From Verrucomicrobiota bacterium (GTDB lineage Bacteria; Verrucomicrobiota; Verrucomicrobiia; Verrucomicrobiales; Akkermansiaceae): a stretch of DNA of 64,000 nucleotides. The DNA lies in NCBI GenBank assembly GCA_026397725.1, contig JAPLUI010000182.1:747-64746 (forward strand), in the 5' to 3' direction. The position numbers were made by a program, and so were the translations under genes. Below the pieces are notes generated by a model that did no database searches, was not told where the DNA came from, and was given only the letters and a program-made list of their open reading frames with translations. Below are positions 40,215-51,124 of this stretch, in pieces. Numbering within the stretch: position 1 is the first letter of the stretch; every line of letters starts with the position of its first letter.

Positions 40215-42083
40215 TCAGGCATAACTGATGAATGAGGTATAGACTTCCGGCGGGATGTCCAGCAGGCTGTAGTCCCTGGCCGAGACGAACAACAGGCCTT
40301 GCTTGCCCTTGCCCAGCAGCGCATGGTCCGAGTTGAAGATCTGGTGCTCCAGGGTGCAGAACTTGCGGTTGTATTCCCCGATGCGGATTTTCACGGTGAT
40401 GGTCTCGAACTCGCGTGCCTCGCGGATGAACTTGTGCTCGAAGGAGCGGGTCAGGATGTAGAACTTGGTGGTTTTCAGATCGAAATCCGGCATCGTCGCG
40501 TTGAAAAACAGTTCGCGCGTCTTGCCCACGTACAGCGGATACATGCCGAAATAAACATTGCCCACCGAGTTGGTATCCGCGTAGGTGGCAATCATTGAAT
40601 AGACAAACCACTTGCCCTCGAAGTGGCCCGCCAGCGCGTGGTCGTGCATCGGGGCCGTGACCTCCGCGCCGCTCACCACGGCGGCCGTACGGGTCATGGC
40701 GCGGATCGCCGGGATTTCCGCCGCCGCTTCCATGACTTCCCCGGCCTTCTCGGTGACCACCCGCAGGAGGTCGGCATTGAACACCAGCCAACCGACATAC
40801 CCCAGCGGCAACAGCGAACCTAACAACAACAGCGGGGTCTGTTTGTTGAGGTAGCCGAAGGCGAAAATCACGATGGACATGCTGGCCATCGAGAACATGC
40901 GGATTTGCGGCAGCGCTTGCTGCGAGTTCGGCACAAAACACCGGGCGATCGCCAAGGCCGCATAACCGACGAAAAACGAGGCGTAGGCGACCATGAAGTA
41001 TTCCAACTCCAGCCTGGCCCAAATCCCGCCCAGGGTGACGATGCCGACGATCATGAAGCTCGGGATGGGTGAGCCGACAAGCTGTTTCGGAAGGAGCGAA
41101 ACAAGCATGTTCTGGCTCTTTTCGACATTCTTGCCGAGGAACCATTTCAGCGCGATGTAGCCGCTGTCCAAGGTGGTCAGCACGCAGATTGAGAGGAATG
41201 AAAAGTAAGCCATCGGCATCCACGGCCCGGCGGCATCATAGTTCTGGATGAAATACCGGGTGACCAGATCATGGACGTACTGGAAGCCGTCGCGTGCGGC
41301 GGGGGCGGCGAGCGGGGCGCCCGCTTTGCCCATCACCCACCAGGCGAGGCAGCCGTGAAAGAGCAGCAGCAGGAAGAAGATGCTGCCACCGAAAAAATAG
41401 CTCAAGCGGATGGAGGTGTTCTCGCGGTGAATCTGGATCGCACGCTGCCAGTGTTGCAGGTCCAGCCAGGGCCCCACCAGCAGGCCCACGACCAGCGGAA
41501 TCGCATAACCCCAAAACGACGGCCCCGTCCACGCTCCCGGAAAGGGTGCCGTCCAGGTGAATGCCGCCGGCAGAAACGGCTTCAGCCCGCACAGGATGAG
41601 GCCCACGCAGCCGAGCAACAGCAGGCCCAACAAGGTGTGGCTGAGTTTGATTTTCTGGATGCCAAACTCCTCCCCGAACAGGCAGCCGGCGGCCAGGATC
41701 ACGAAGACGATCAGGCATAACGACAAGGCGAAGAGCGGCCCGGCGGTGAGTTGCAGCGGCACAAACAGGTAACGCACCAGCGCAAACACCGTGAGCGTGA
41801 GCGCCAGCAACTGATAAAGATAGAAAATCAGCCGGAACGGCTTGGCAAACTTCTCAAAGAAAATCGCCAGGCTTTCCTGTCCGCCGGAATGGCTCCTGGC
41901 CACCAGCTGGGTGAGAAAACCAAACAGCATCAGGCCCAAGGCATTCGGCACCGAAAACAGGATCAGCCCCTGCAACCCGAACATGAAGGTCATCTGGACA
42001 CTGAAAAACAGCCCAAGCCCCCACATCCAGGCCAAGGCCACCGAGTTCCCCCACAGCAAGGCGTTCAACCAGCGAAAATTCAT
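40215..42083 (-). CDS. SSS-like multi-pass permease fused to a C-terminal hotdog (4HBT-like) thioesterase
   Basis: About 12-13 TM segments with W.W..G, VPN, GP..D...WQRA and TLDS, followed by DTNSVGNVYF...RELF. Confidence 0.75.
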   Translation of the reverse strand: MNFRWLNALLWGNSVALAWMWGLGLFFSVQMTFMFGLQGLILFSVPNALGLMLFGFLTQLVARSHSGGQESLAIFFEKFAKPFRLIFYLYQLLALTLTVFALVRYLFVPLQLTAGPLFALSLCLIVFVILAAGCLFGEEFGIQKIKLSHTLLGLLLLGCVGLILCGLKPFLPAAFTWTAPFPGAWTGPSFWGYAIPLVVGLLVGPWLDLQHWQRAIQIHRENTSIRLSYFFGGSIFFLLLLFHGCLAWWVMGKAGAPLAAPAARDGFQYVHDLVTRYFIQNYDAAGPWMPMAYFSFLSICVLTTLDSGYIALKWFLGKNVEKSQNMLVSLLPKQLVGSPIPSFMIVGIVTLGGIWARLELEYFMVAYASFFVGYAALAIARCFVPNSQQALPQIRMFSMASMSIVIFAFGYLNKQTPLLLLGSLLPLGYVGWLVFNADLLRVVTEKAGEVMEAAAEIPAIRAMTRTAAVVSGAEVTAPMHDHALAGHFEGKWFVYSMIATYADTNSVGNVYFGMYPLYVGKTRELFFNATMPDFDLKTTKFYILTRSFEHKFIREAREFETITVKIRIGEYNRKFCTLEHQIFNSDHALLGKGKQGLLFVSARDYSLLDIPPEVYTSFISYA

Positions 42084-42177
42084 CTGCGCCGAAACAAATC
42101 ACCGTCTGGCGCCGGGGGCAAGCCGGATTCTCACAATCGGCGGGCGGAGCCCCGGATTGTTGCGGCGCTCGCAGTCC

Positions 42178-43428
42178 TTACCTGGGAGTCTCCCGGCACT
42201 CCAACAGGTGTTTGCGCACGGCATCGAGTGCCGCCTGGCTCACGCCCTGCTTGAAGTCGCGACGGTTCCTGGGCTGGAAGACGCGGCAGGCGCGGGTTGC
42301 GCCGTGGCGTTGCGCCACGGCGATCCAGGCGGTGCCGACGGGTTGCTCCGGGCTGCCACCGGTGGGTCCGGCGATGCCGGTGACGGCCACGGCCAGGTCC
42401 GCACCACTCACGGCCAGCATGCCCTCGGCCATCTGGCGGGCCACTGGTTCACTGACGGCACCGTGCGTGAGCAGGTCGCCGGCCCGCACGCCTAACAAAT
42501 CCTGCTTGGCCTGGTTGGCATAGGTGACGAAGCCGTGGGTGAATACCGCGCTGGCTCCCGGCACGTCGGTGATGCGGCTGGCGAGCAAGCCGCCGGTACA
42601 GCTTTCCGCCGTGGCCAGGGTCAGGCGGTGTTCACCGAGCAGGCGCACGACGGTTTGCTCCAGCGAGCTGCCGTCGTCACTCACGAGCAACGGGGCAAAG
42701 CGCTCCAGCGCGATCATCCGGCCTTGGGCGAGGGCGTCGGCCGTGCCGATGAGGCGCAGATCGACTTCGCCGATATGGGCGCAATAGCCGTACTCAAGGC
42801 CGTGGATGGCGGCGAGACGGGCGTCAATCCCCGCGTGAAAATCGCTTTCGCCGATGCCGGTGAATTTCAATTCGAGCATGGCCGGTGGCCTGGCCGTTCC
42901 CGCCAGCACGCGCAGCCGTGGGGCGACTTCGGCGTGATACATCGGATAGAGTTCCGGCGGCGGGCCCGGCAGCAGGAACACCGCGGCGTTGGAGCGACCG
43001 GCCAAATGTGGCGGGATGAACACCCCGGGCGCGGTGCCATGCGGGTTCGGCAGGGACGCCGCCCCGATCGGGGTTAGGACCTGTTTCAAGTTGGCCTCCG
43101 CCATCGGACGCTCGCGGAGGGCGAAAAACGCCTCCAGTGAGCGCCGCGCGGCTGCGTCTTGGACCAATTCGAGGCCCAGCACTTCGGCGGTGATTTCGCG
43201 GGTCAGGTCATCGCTGGTGGGTCCGAGTCCGCCGGTGACAATGACGGCGTCGGCGCGGCCAAGCGTTTCCGTCAGTGCTTCCCGGATGGCCTCGCCGTCG
43301 GGCACGCTGGTTTGGCGGGCCACCCGCAGCCCGAGCTTGAACAACTCGCGTCCGAACCACGCCCCGTGAGTGTTGAGGGTGTTGCCCAGCAGCAGCTCGG
43401 TGCCGGTATTGAGAATTTCGATGCGCAC
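42178..43428 (-). CDS. cinA: CinA-family protein (NMN deamidase)
   Basis: GTELLLG, TGGLGPTSDDLT, LPGPP, AESCTGG, GAVS, TGIAGP. Confidence 0.95.
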   Translation of the reverse strand: MRIEILNTGTELLLGNTLNTHGAWFGRELFKLGLRVARQTSVPDGEAIREALTETLGRADAVIVTGGLGPTSDDLTREITAEVLGLELVQDAAARRSLEAFFALRERPMAEANLKQVLTPIGAASLPNPHGTAPGVFIPPHLAGRSNAAVFLLPGPPPELYPMYHAEVAPRLRVLAGTARPPAMLELKFTGIGESDFHAGIDARLAAIHGLEYGYCAHIGEVDLRLIGTADALAQGRMIALERFAPLLVSDDGSSLEQTVVRLLGEHRLTLATAESCTGGLLASRITDVPGASAVFTHGFVTYANQAKQDLLGVRAGDLLTHGAVSEPVARQMAEGMLAVSGADLAVAVTGIAGPTGGSPEQPVGTAWIAVAQRHGATRACRVFQPRNRRDFKQGVSQAALDAVRKHLLECRETPR

Positions 43429-43517
43429 GCGCCAAGCCACACGGCTGCGCGATGAAATTGCAAGCGGGATTATTTTTTCTCGACAGTGGCGGGGGGCACG
43501 CCAAGAATCCGCGCGAA

Positions 43518-44558
43518 ATGAAGAAATCATCCCCCCTCCTGCACGCCGGCTTGCTGGCGCTCGTCACCCTTGCCACCGCTGCTGCCGGTGGCGAAGGCTG
43601 GACCTCTGACTTCGAAGCCGCCAAGAAACAGGCGCTCGCGGAGAAAAAAGACCTGTTGCTCGACTTCACCGGTTCCGACTGGTGCGGTTGGTGCATCAAA
43701 CTCAACAAGGAAGTCTTCCAGGAAGCCGCCTTCAAAACCGGCGTCAAGGACACCCTCGTGCTGGTCGAACTCGACTTCCCGAAAGACTCATCCAAGCTGA
43801 CCGCCGACACCAAGGCCCAGAACGAGAAGCTGCGCGATCAATTCAAGATCAACGGATACCCGTCGCTCTTGCTCTGTGATGCCGGCGGCAAGGCCTATGC
43901 CAAGACCGGCTACCAGGCCGGCGGCCCCGAGAAGTATGTGCAGCACCTCACTGAACTCATGGCCGTGCGCACCAAGCGCGACGCCGCGTTTGCCGCTGCG
44001 GACAACACCACGGACAACGTCGAAAAGGCGAAAAACCTCGTGGCCGGCCTCAAGGTCATGGATGCGGAAATCGTCGATATCCACTACGCTGAGGTCGTCG
44101 CCAAAATTGGCGAACTCGACAAGGACGACGCCACCGGGTTTGTGAAGGAGCGCAAGGAAGCCGCAGCCAAGGAAGCGGCTGCCGCAGACGTCGGCTCCAA
44201 GGTGCAGGCGTTCATCCAAGAGAAGGTCGCACCGCTGATGCAGGCCAAGGACTTTGACAAGGCCTACACCGAGGTGCAGGACTATCTCAAGGCCACCCCC
44301 ACCTTGCCGGACGACATGAAGGTCGGCTTGACCCTCAACATCGGGCTCGCCCGCTTCGTCTCCAAGAGCGACCAGGAAGGGGCCGACAAGTTTGTTGACG
44401 AGGTGATCGCGCAGTTCCCCAAACACGAAGTCGCCAAACACGGAGACGAAATCAAAGGGCAAGTCAAGCGCCAGATCGAGCAGGCGAAAAACGCACCGAA
44501 AGATTCTGATGGAGTGCCTGCGGCTGACGGGGAGTCTGCCGAGCCCAAGCCCGAGTGA
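43518..44558 (+). CDS. Secreted thioredoxin-family protein
   Basis: Signal peptide; FTGSDWCGWC, ELDFP, GYP. Confidence 0.92.
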   Translation: MKKSSPLLHAGLLALVTLATAAAGGEGWTSDFEAAKKQALAEKKDLLLDFTGSDWCGWCIKLNKEVFQEAAFKTGVKDTLVLVELDFPKDSSKLTADTKAQNEKLRDQFKINGYPSLLLCDAGGKAYAKTGYQAGGPEKYVQHLTELMAVRTKRDAAFAAADNTTDNVEKAKNLVAGLKVMDAEIVDIHYAEVVAKIGELDKDDATGFVKERKEAAAKEAAAADVGSKVQAFIQEKVAPLMQAKDFDKAYTEVQDYLKATPTLPDDMKVGLTLNIGLARFVSKSDQEGADKFVDEVIAQFPKHEVAKHGDEIKGQVKRQIEQAKNAPKDSDGVPAADGESAEPKPE

Positions 44559-44644
44559 TCGAGAAATACCCGGGGCAAGGGGACGGAAAAATAATTGCAG
44601 TTGGCGCTTGCCTTGTTGTTCGCGGTGGCTAGGCTGCGGGCATC

Positions 44645-45542
44645 ATGAGATGCGCACGCTGGCTGGCTCCTTGGAAAGACTCGAGTGAACGACCGGTGAT
44701 TTACCTCTGCACCTCCCGGGTGGTGGAACGGCGACTGGCATTGGGACAGGATGATAAGGAACAATTGCGGACTTACATGCGGATGCAGGAGCATTTCACG
44801 GGTTGCCGGGTGTTGTCGTATTGTCTGATGTGCAATCACGTGCATTTGCTGCTGGAGGTGCCGCCGATGGCTGCGGGCGGACTGTCGGATGAGGACTTGC
44901 TCAAACGGTTAGGAGCCATTTACCACGAGGCGATCGTGGCGGAGGTGGCGCAGGAATTGGCGGAGGCACGGCACAAGGTACCCGGCGGGCTGCCAGATGA
45001 GAGCCTGGTGGCAACCATTCACGGGCGATACACCTATCGGATGCATGACTTGGGAGAGTTCATGAAAAACCTGCTGCAACGCTTCACCCGGTGGTTCAAT
45101 GCGAGGCACGCGCGGACCGGCACCTTGTGGGAATCGCGGTTCAAGAGTGTGCTGGTGGAAGAAGAGTGCGCGGCGAAGACGATGGCGGTCGATATCGATT
45201 TGAATCCGGTGCGGACGGGGGTGGTAGCGGAGCCGGCGGATTATCGCTGGAGCAGTTATGGTGAAGCGATGCGCGGCGGACGAACCGCCAATGGCAAGCA
45301 GGCGCGGGCCGGCTTGGTGCGGGCGATGATGGCCCACCAGGGCTACGCGGCGGATGCGCGGCATTGGGCGGGCAAGGTTGCAAGGGAATACCGGAGGATG
45401 TTGGAAGAGGGGAGCGGAGAAGCTCAAGGAAGTGGCGAACGAAGAAGACGGGCTTGAGGTGAAGCTGGTGCGCCAGGAGATGACTGGTGGGGGCATGCTA
45501 TCCATCAAGAACCAAGAGACTCATTTATTGAAAAACGACTGA
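44645..45542 (+). mobile_element. REP-associated tyrosine (Y1/HUH) transposase, probably inactive
   Basis: YCLMCNHVHLL, GTLWESRFKS, DIDLNPVR, DYRWSSY. The expected catalytic Tyr reads Asp, and there is an apparent frameshift near 45410. Confidence 0.8.
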
Positions 45543-45699
45543 CCCCGATCCCGTTCCTTTCAACCCTGCCAATCAGCCATCATGATACCCAAACTCCTTC
45601 ATCAAACCATTCTCAGTACCAAGACCGGGTAATTCATCTGGAAAATGTAGTGCCAACCCCCATTGCTCCCGCTCGCCGAGCCTCACTTTGGCTTTTCTC

Positions 45700-47202
45700 A
45701 TGCCTGCCAACCCCAGCAGCAATTTTCTAACTGTCAAACTCTGGACCTTGCAGCAACGCCTGACACTCGCGTTGAGCGTGCTGGTTTTGGTGGTTGCCGG
45801 CGTCTTCTCACTGAGCTTGTATTCGGTGCAACAACGGGCCCTGATGGCGGACATTGACAATCAATTGCGGAGCGCCGCCAGCATGGCACGCGAACTGGTG
45901 GCGGAGGATTATCACGACCGGATCAGCGGCCCGCAATCCGTGAGCAGCACCGACTACCAACGCTTGGCTGACCGCTATCTGCGGCTGTGTCATGCCCTTG
46001 GCATTGAGTATCTGAGGAGCCTGATGCTCGTCGATGAGAAGATTGTCATCACCACCTCGACGTCGCCGGACGGGAACGCTGGAAACCTCACGCACTCCGC
46101 GTTTTTCGCGCGGCCAGCCAAGCCGGAATCCTATCGGGCCGCATGCGCGCGGATGACCCCGACCTATCAGACCAGCGACGATCTGTGGGGGCGCCTGCGG
46201 GTGGTTCTGCTGCCGTTCCGAGACCAACAGGGACGACCCTATTTTTATGAGGCCGGCATGCGCTTGAGCGAGGTGGACCGGCAGTTGCACCGTACGGTTT
46301 TCCAATGCCTGCTGGGTGGTCTGGCGCTATGGGGTGTCTGCCTGGTCGCCAGTGTCCGGCTGGACCGGATGGTAACCAGGCCGTTGATGCGACTGACCGA
46401 CACCATTGGGAAAATCGCGGGGGAGCATCCGGGATTGATCGCGGAGGAGCGGGGGACTTATGAACAACGGATGCTGGCCAGCAGTTTCAACCGCTTGAAC
46501 CGTGCCTTGCAGGACAAGATCACCGGACAACAGCACGCACAGCAAGCGCTGCAGGAAAGCGAAATTTCACTTAGGGAATCCCTCGGCGAGAAGGAATTGT
46601 TGCTCAAGGAGATTCATCATCGGGTGAAGAACAACCTGCAAATCATCAGCAGCCTGCTGCGGCTGCAAGCCCACCAGATCGATAACGTCGAGACCAAGGC
46701 GGTTTTGTTAGACATGCAGAACCGGGTACACGCCATGGCCTTGATCCACAAACATCTTTACCTCCCGGAAAACATTGCCTCGGTGGACCTGTCCACCTAT
46801 CTCAAGAGCCTTTGCAACCAATTGGTCCGCGTGCTGGTGACCACCCCCGGTGCCATTCAACTCCACCTCAACCTGGCCCCCATCCGCTTGGAAATCGACC
46901 AGGCCATCCCCTGCGGCCTGCTGGTCAATGAGTTGGTCTCCAACGCGCTCAAGCACGCCTTTCCGGCTGGCCGCTGCGGCGAGGTGCGGGTGGATTTTCA
47001 TGCGCTCGAGGACGCTCCGGGGTGGCGTCTGCGCGTGGCGGACAACGGTGTCGGCTTGCCGCCGGGGTTCGCGCTGGATCATCTGACCTCACTGGGGCTC
47101 AAGCTGGCCAGCGACTTGGCACGCCAGATCGGCGGGCGGTTGGAACTCGGTACCGGGCCCGGGGCGGCGTTTGAGCTGGAGTGCCGGGCGGGTGGTGAAT
47201 GA
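45700..47202 (+). CDS. Sensor histidine kinase (HAMP, HisKA_2, HATPase)
   Basis: Two TM helices; [35 protein letters not shown]. Confidence 0.92.
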   Translation: MPANPSSNFLTVKLWTLQQRLTLALSVLVLVVAGVFSLSLYSVQQRALMADIDNQLRSAASMARELVAEDYHDRISGPQSVSSTDYQRLADRYLRLCHALGIEYLRSLMLVDEKIVITTSTSPDGNAGNLTHSAFFARPAKPESYRAACARMTPTYQTSDDLWGRLRVVLLPFRDQQGRPYFYEAGMRLSEVDRQLHRTVFQCLLGGLALWGVCLVASVRLDRMVTRPLMRLTDTIGKIAGEHPGLIAEERGTYEQRMLASSFNRLNRALQDKITGQQHAQQALQESEISLRESLGEKELLLKEIHHRVKNNLQIISSLLRLQAHQIDNVETKAVLLDMQNRVHAMALIHKHLYLPENIASVDLSTYLKSLCNQLVRVLVTTPGAIQLHLNLAPIRLEIDQAIPCGLLVNELVSNALKHAFPAGRCGEVRVDFHALEDAPGWRLRVADNGVGLPPGFALDHLTSLGLKLASDLARQIGGRLELGTGPGAAFELECRAGGE

Positions 47203-47417
47203 AAAGGGCGCCGGTCCCATGGCGATGCAACATCCAAGGTCCGATTCCCAGACCAAGATCTGCTGAAGCGGATTGGGGATTTTTACCGCGCGGCCTTCGT
47301 GGCGGGAGGTGACGAAGCGTCCGGCGGATGATCGGAAGACTGGAAGACTGGCAACGATGTACCCGCATGGGCACACAGCGGAGTGGACGGGGCCGGGGGG
47401 CTGAGCTAAGATCGGGC

Positions 47418-48410
47418 GTGCTGGAATGGTTTGGCAAGGGTCGGTTTCCTGTGTATCTCGCGCCGATGGCGGGAGTGACGGATGATATTTTCCGCGGGAT
47501 CTGCAAGGAACTGGGGGCGGACGTGATGGTGACGGAGTTGGTGTCGGCCGAGGGGATTTTGCAGGCGGATGGACGGACGCGGAAATACACGGAGTTTTCC
47601 GAGTTCCAGCGACCGGTGGGGGTGCAGTTGTTCGGGGCCGATGGCGGACGGATGGGCGAGGCTGCCAGAAAAATCGTGGCTTGGAAGCGCCCGGATTTCA
47701 TCGATCTGAATTTCGGATGTCCGGTCAACAAGGTGGTGGCACGCAATGGCGGATCGTCGCTGCTGAAGGATTGCCCATTGCTGGCGGCGGTGGCCGCCGG
47801 TGTTGTTAGGGCGGTGGGTGGGCAGGTGCCGGTGACGGCGAAAATCCGGATTGGCTGGGACGCGCAGAGCATCAATGCGGTGGCGATTGCGAAGACGCTG
47901 GTGGATTGCGGCGTGCAGGTGATCGCGGTGCATGGGCGCACCCGCTCGCAGGGGTATGGCGGCGTGGCCAACTGGGAGGTGATCGATGCCGTGGCGCGGG
48001 CCGTGCCGGTGCCGGTGATCGGGAATGGCGACCTGGCGAGCGGAGCGGACTTGGCGCGGCGCAAGCGCGAGACGGCGGTTGCCGGCGTGATGATCGGGCG
48101 GGCGGCGATGGGCAACCCGTGGGTTTTCCGCGAAGCCAAGCACTTTTTGAAAACCGGCGAGACGCCGGCTCCGGTGCGGCTGGAAGAGCGCTGGAACCTG
48201 GTGCTGCGGCACTGCCGCCTGGTGGTGGACAGCGCCCGCCATGGCAACGAGCGCCAGGCCCTTACCGCCATGCGGACGCGCTTGATGACCTATTGCAGGG
48301 GCTTTCCCGGCGCGAAGGAACTGCGGCATAAGTTATGCCATGTCATTTCGGTTGGAGAAATCGAGGACCTGGCGGCGTGTTCCCTCGGACAGGCGGGGTT
48401 GGGGGGATAG
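47418..48410 (+). CDS. dusB: tRNA-dihydrouridine synthase B
   Basis: LAPMAGVTD, QLFG, DLNFGCPV, VTAKIRIGW, VHGRT, GNGD, MIGR. Confidence 0.93.
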   Translation: MLEWFGKGRFPVYLAPMAGVTDDIFRGICKELGADVMVTELVSAEGILQADGRTRKYTEFSEFQRPVGVQLFGADGGRMGEAARKIVAWKRPDFIDLNFGCPVNKVVARNGGSSLLKDCPLLAAVAAGVVRAVGGQVPVTAKIRIGWDAQSINAVAIAKTLVDCGVQVIAVHGRTRSQGYGGVANWEVIDAVARAVPVPVIGNGDLASGADLARRKRETAVAGVMIGRAAMGNPWVFREAKHFLKTGETPAPVRLEERWNLVLRHCRLVVDSARHGNERQALTAMRTRLMTYCRGFPGAKELRHKLCHVISVGEIEDLAACSLGQAGLGG

Positions 48411-48437
48411 GGGATAGAGCGCATGCTCTTGATCGTG

Positions 48438-49898
48438 CTATGGAGCTTGCGGTTTGCCCGGGGGCGTTGCCTGCTTCTTGGCGGCCGCCTCGCGTGCCAC
48501 CGGATAGGTCATCACTGGATTGGCCACCTTTCCGGCGGGGCGCCGGGCGGTGGGGTTTGCGCCGCCGATTTCGCCGCTCATCCGGGTGGCGAGCTGCTGC
48601 AGTCGCTCGACGATGTCAGGATGTTGGTCCGCCACGTTGGTGCGTTCACCGAGGTCCTGGTCGAGGTTGTAGAGGCGTGGTGCGGGGCTGCTCGCGTCGG
48701 CCAGCACGTCCTTGCCCATGGTTTCATGTTGCGGCGCGACGGCGAGTTTCCAGGGTCCTTGGCGGACGGCCTCAAGGTTATAGGCGCGGAAGTAGTAGTG
48801 CGCTTCGCGCGGTGAGGTGGTGGCCTTGCCTAACAACAATGGCGAAATATCCCGGCCATCAATGACCGGCGCGGCAGGCACGGTGCCGCCGGCGAGCGCG
48901 ACGGCGGTGGGCAGCAGGTCAATGGTTCCCGCGACGGCATCGCACACGCTGCCGGGCGCGATGTTGCCCGGCCAGCGGGCGAGGGTGGGCACGCGCACGC
49001 CGCCTTCCCAGGTGCTGCCTTTGCCACCGCGCAACGGGCCGGCACTGCCGGCGTCGGCACCTTTGATCAACCACGGCCCGTTGTCGCTGGTGAAGATGAC
49101 GAGCGTGCGATCGTCGAGCTGCAACTCGCGCAGCGTGTCGAGGATGCGGCCCGTGCTCCAATCCAGCTCCTCGACCCAGTCGCCGAAGCGGCCGTTAGAT
49201 GATTTGCCGGCGAAGGCGGCGCCGGGGTGGATCGGCGTGTGGACCGCGGTATGCGCCAGATAGAGCAGGAACGGTTGGTCCTTGGACTTGCGGATGAAGC
49301 CGAGCGCCTCATCGGTGTAGCGCTCCACGATGCGGCTCTGCGCGTCGTCGGTGAGCAACTCCTCCACCTTGTCATCGCGCAGCAGCGGCACCACGCGCTG
49401 GCCGGTTGCGGCGGCCTTTTTCTGCATGTCGTTCGAGTAGGGGATGCCGAAGTAATGGTCAAACCCCTGCTGCGTCGGCAAAAACTCCGGTTGATCGCCC
49501 ACATGCCATTTGCCAATGCAGATGGTGGCATAACCGTGTTCCCGCATCCGTTCCGCGATGGTGTGCTCGGCCGGGTTGAGTCCGTGGTTGCCGCCGGGGT
49601 CGTAAACCGCCGGCACCGAGACGCGTGCACCGTAGCAGCCCGTCAACAACTGCGCCCGCGACACCGAGCACACCGGCGCCGCATAGAAGTTGGTTAGTTT
49701 CATGCCCTCGCGTGCCATCCGGTCAAGGTTCGGCGTCTGTTGCTTGGTCGCGCCGAAGGGACCGATGTCGCCGTAGCCCATGTCGTCGATGAAAATGATG
49801 ACGATGTTGGGTTTGGCCGGGGGCGCTGGTTCGGCAGCGTGCAGCGGAACCAGGGGCAGGGCGGAGCAGAGGAGCGAGAGGAGCGAGAGGGCTTTCAT
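48438..49898 (-). CDS. Sulfatase (arylsulfatase A-like)
   Basis: PNIVIIFIDDMGYGD, CSVSRAQLLTG, GKWH, SDNG, EGGVRVP. Confidence 0.95.
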   Translation of the reverse strand: MKALSLLSLLCSALPLVPLHAAEPAPPAKPNIVIIFIDDMGYGDIGPFGATKQQTPNLDRMAREGMKLTNFYAAPVCSVSRAQLLTGCYGARVSVPAVYDPGGNHGLNPAEHTIAERMREHGYATICIGKWHVGDQPEFLPTQQGFDHYFGIPYSNDMQKKAAATGQRVVPLLRDDKVEELLTDDAQSRIVERYTDEALGFIRKSKDQPFLLYLAHTAVHTPIHPGAAFAGKSSNGRFGDWVEELDWSTGRILDTLRELQLDDRTLVIFTSDNGPWLIKGADAGSAGPLRGGKGSTWEGGVRVPTLARWPGNIAPGSVCDAVAGTIDLLPTAVALAGGTVPAAPVIDGRDISPLLLGKATTSPREAHYYFRAYNLEAVRQGPWKLAVAPQHETMGKDVLADASSPAPRLYNLDQDLGERTNVADQHPDIVERLQQLATRMSGEIGGANPTARRPAGKVANPVMTYPVAREAAAKKQATPPGKPQAP

Positions 49899-49921
49899 GG
49901 CTTGGGCTTCCGGAGTGAGCG

Positions 49922-51097
49922 CTACTTCCAGCAGAGTTCGTCAGTGAGGGTGTTCAGGTTCTCGCATCCGCGTTCGGTCACCACGACCATGTCCTCGATG
50001 CGGACGCCGCCCAGGTCGCGCCGATAGAGGCCGGGCTCCACGGTCAGCACTTCGCCCGCCAGCAGGCCGGGCCCCTTGAAGTCTAACAACGGCGGTTCAT
50101 GCACATCGAGTCCGACGCCGTGTCCGGTGCCGTGCGTCAAGGCGCAGTAGGATAGCGGGGTCTGCTCGCCGGGCAAGCCGAAGTCGTAGCCTGCGTCCCG
50201 AATCGCCTGGATGGTTGCCAGATGCACGGTTTCGCCGGTTACTCCGACACGCATGGCATTTTCCGCGGCCGCTTTGGCGGCGCGGACGGCCGCATGCATC
50301 CGTTTGACTTCATCCGGGATGTCGCCATGGACGACGGTGCGGGTGCAGTCGCCGTTGTAGCGTGTCCGGCGATACCGCGGGAAGATATCCACGATGACGG
50401 GCTCGCCGGTGCGGAGTTCGCCAGCACCCAGGTAGTGACAATCGGCCGCCGCCGGCCCCCCGGCGATGATCGCCATGGGATTGCTGAAGTCGCGATCCAG
50501 CAGCCAATGATCCACCGCCGCACGGACTCGCTCGGAGGTCAGCGGCACGCCCTCGTGCAGCAGGACGCCGTCACGACGCGTGCTGGCGGCAGCGATCAAT
50601 TCACAGGCCATTTGCACGGCCGCTTCGGTGATGTGCTGCGCCTCGCGCAGGTGTTGGATCTCCTCGGCGCTCTTCTGGCGGCGCTCCCGCACCCACTGCT
50701 CGGGATCACATTCGACCGTGATCCCCGCCTGCCGGGCGAAGTCAGCGAAGATGAGCGGCAGGGAGCGATCCCCCACCACCCGGGTGACTCCCGCGCGGCG
50801 GAGGCATTCCGCCGCAGCCTGGGCGTTGGCCGTTTCCCGGTCTCCTGACAGACCACCCTCCGGAGGGTAGTCCGCCGGGCAAGCGACGTGATCGACTCGT
50901 GCCGATTGTCGCGCACGCTCCATTTCGATGTCGCGGAGGATCAGCACGGATTCGGTGCCGGGCGGAGTTGGCAGTTCGAGCAGCACGACCTGGTCGCAGA
51001 CCGAGAAGCGGATGCGCCAGTAAAGGCTGCTGTGGACCTCGGGGATGCCGGCGGCCATCCGGGCGGGGAGAGCGGATGAAGTGGATGAATCGGACAT
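49922..51097 (-). CDS. Xaa-Pro peptidase, M24 family
   Basis: VDIFP, GDCTRT, HGTGHGVGLDVHE, TVEPGLY, GGVRIED. Confidence 0.94.
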   Translation of the reverse strand: MSDSSTSSALPARMAAGIPEVHSSLYWRIRFSVCDQVVLLELPTPPGTESVLILRDIEMERARQSARVDHVACPADYPPEGGLSGDRETANAQAAAECLRRAGVTRVVGDRSLPLIFADFARQAGITVECDPEQWVRERRQKSAEEIQHLREAQHITEAAVQMACELIAAASTRRDGVLLHEGVPLTSERVRAAVDHWLLDRDFSNPMAIIAGGPAAADCHYLGAGELRTGEPVIVDIFPRYRRTRYNGDCTRTVVHGDIPDEVKRMHAAVRAAKAAAENAMRVGVTGETVHLATIQAIRDAGYDFGLPGEQTPLSYCALTHGTGHGVGLDVHEPPLLDFKGPGLLAGEVLTVEPGLYRRDLGGVRIEDMVVVTERGCENLNTLTDELCWK

Positions 51098-51124
51098 GGT
51101 GATGGATGATGTTGGCAGTGAGTG

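Noticed and set aside
49655-49680. Sulfatase motif CSVSR lacking Pro as a sign of inactivity
   Set aside because: Cys and Arg are retained, and CxxxR variants occur in sulfatases.
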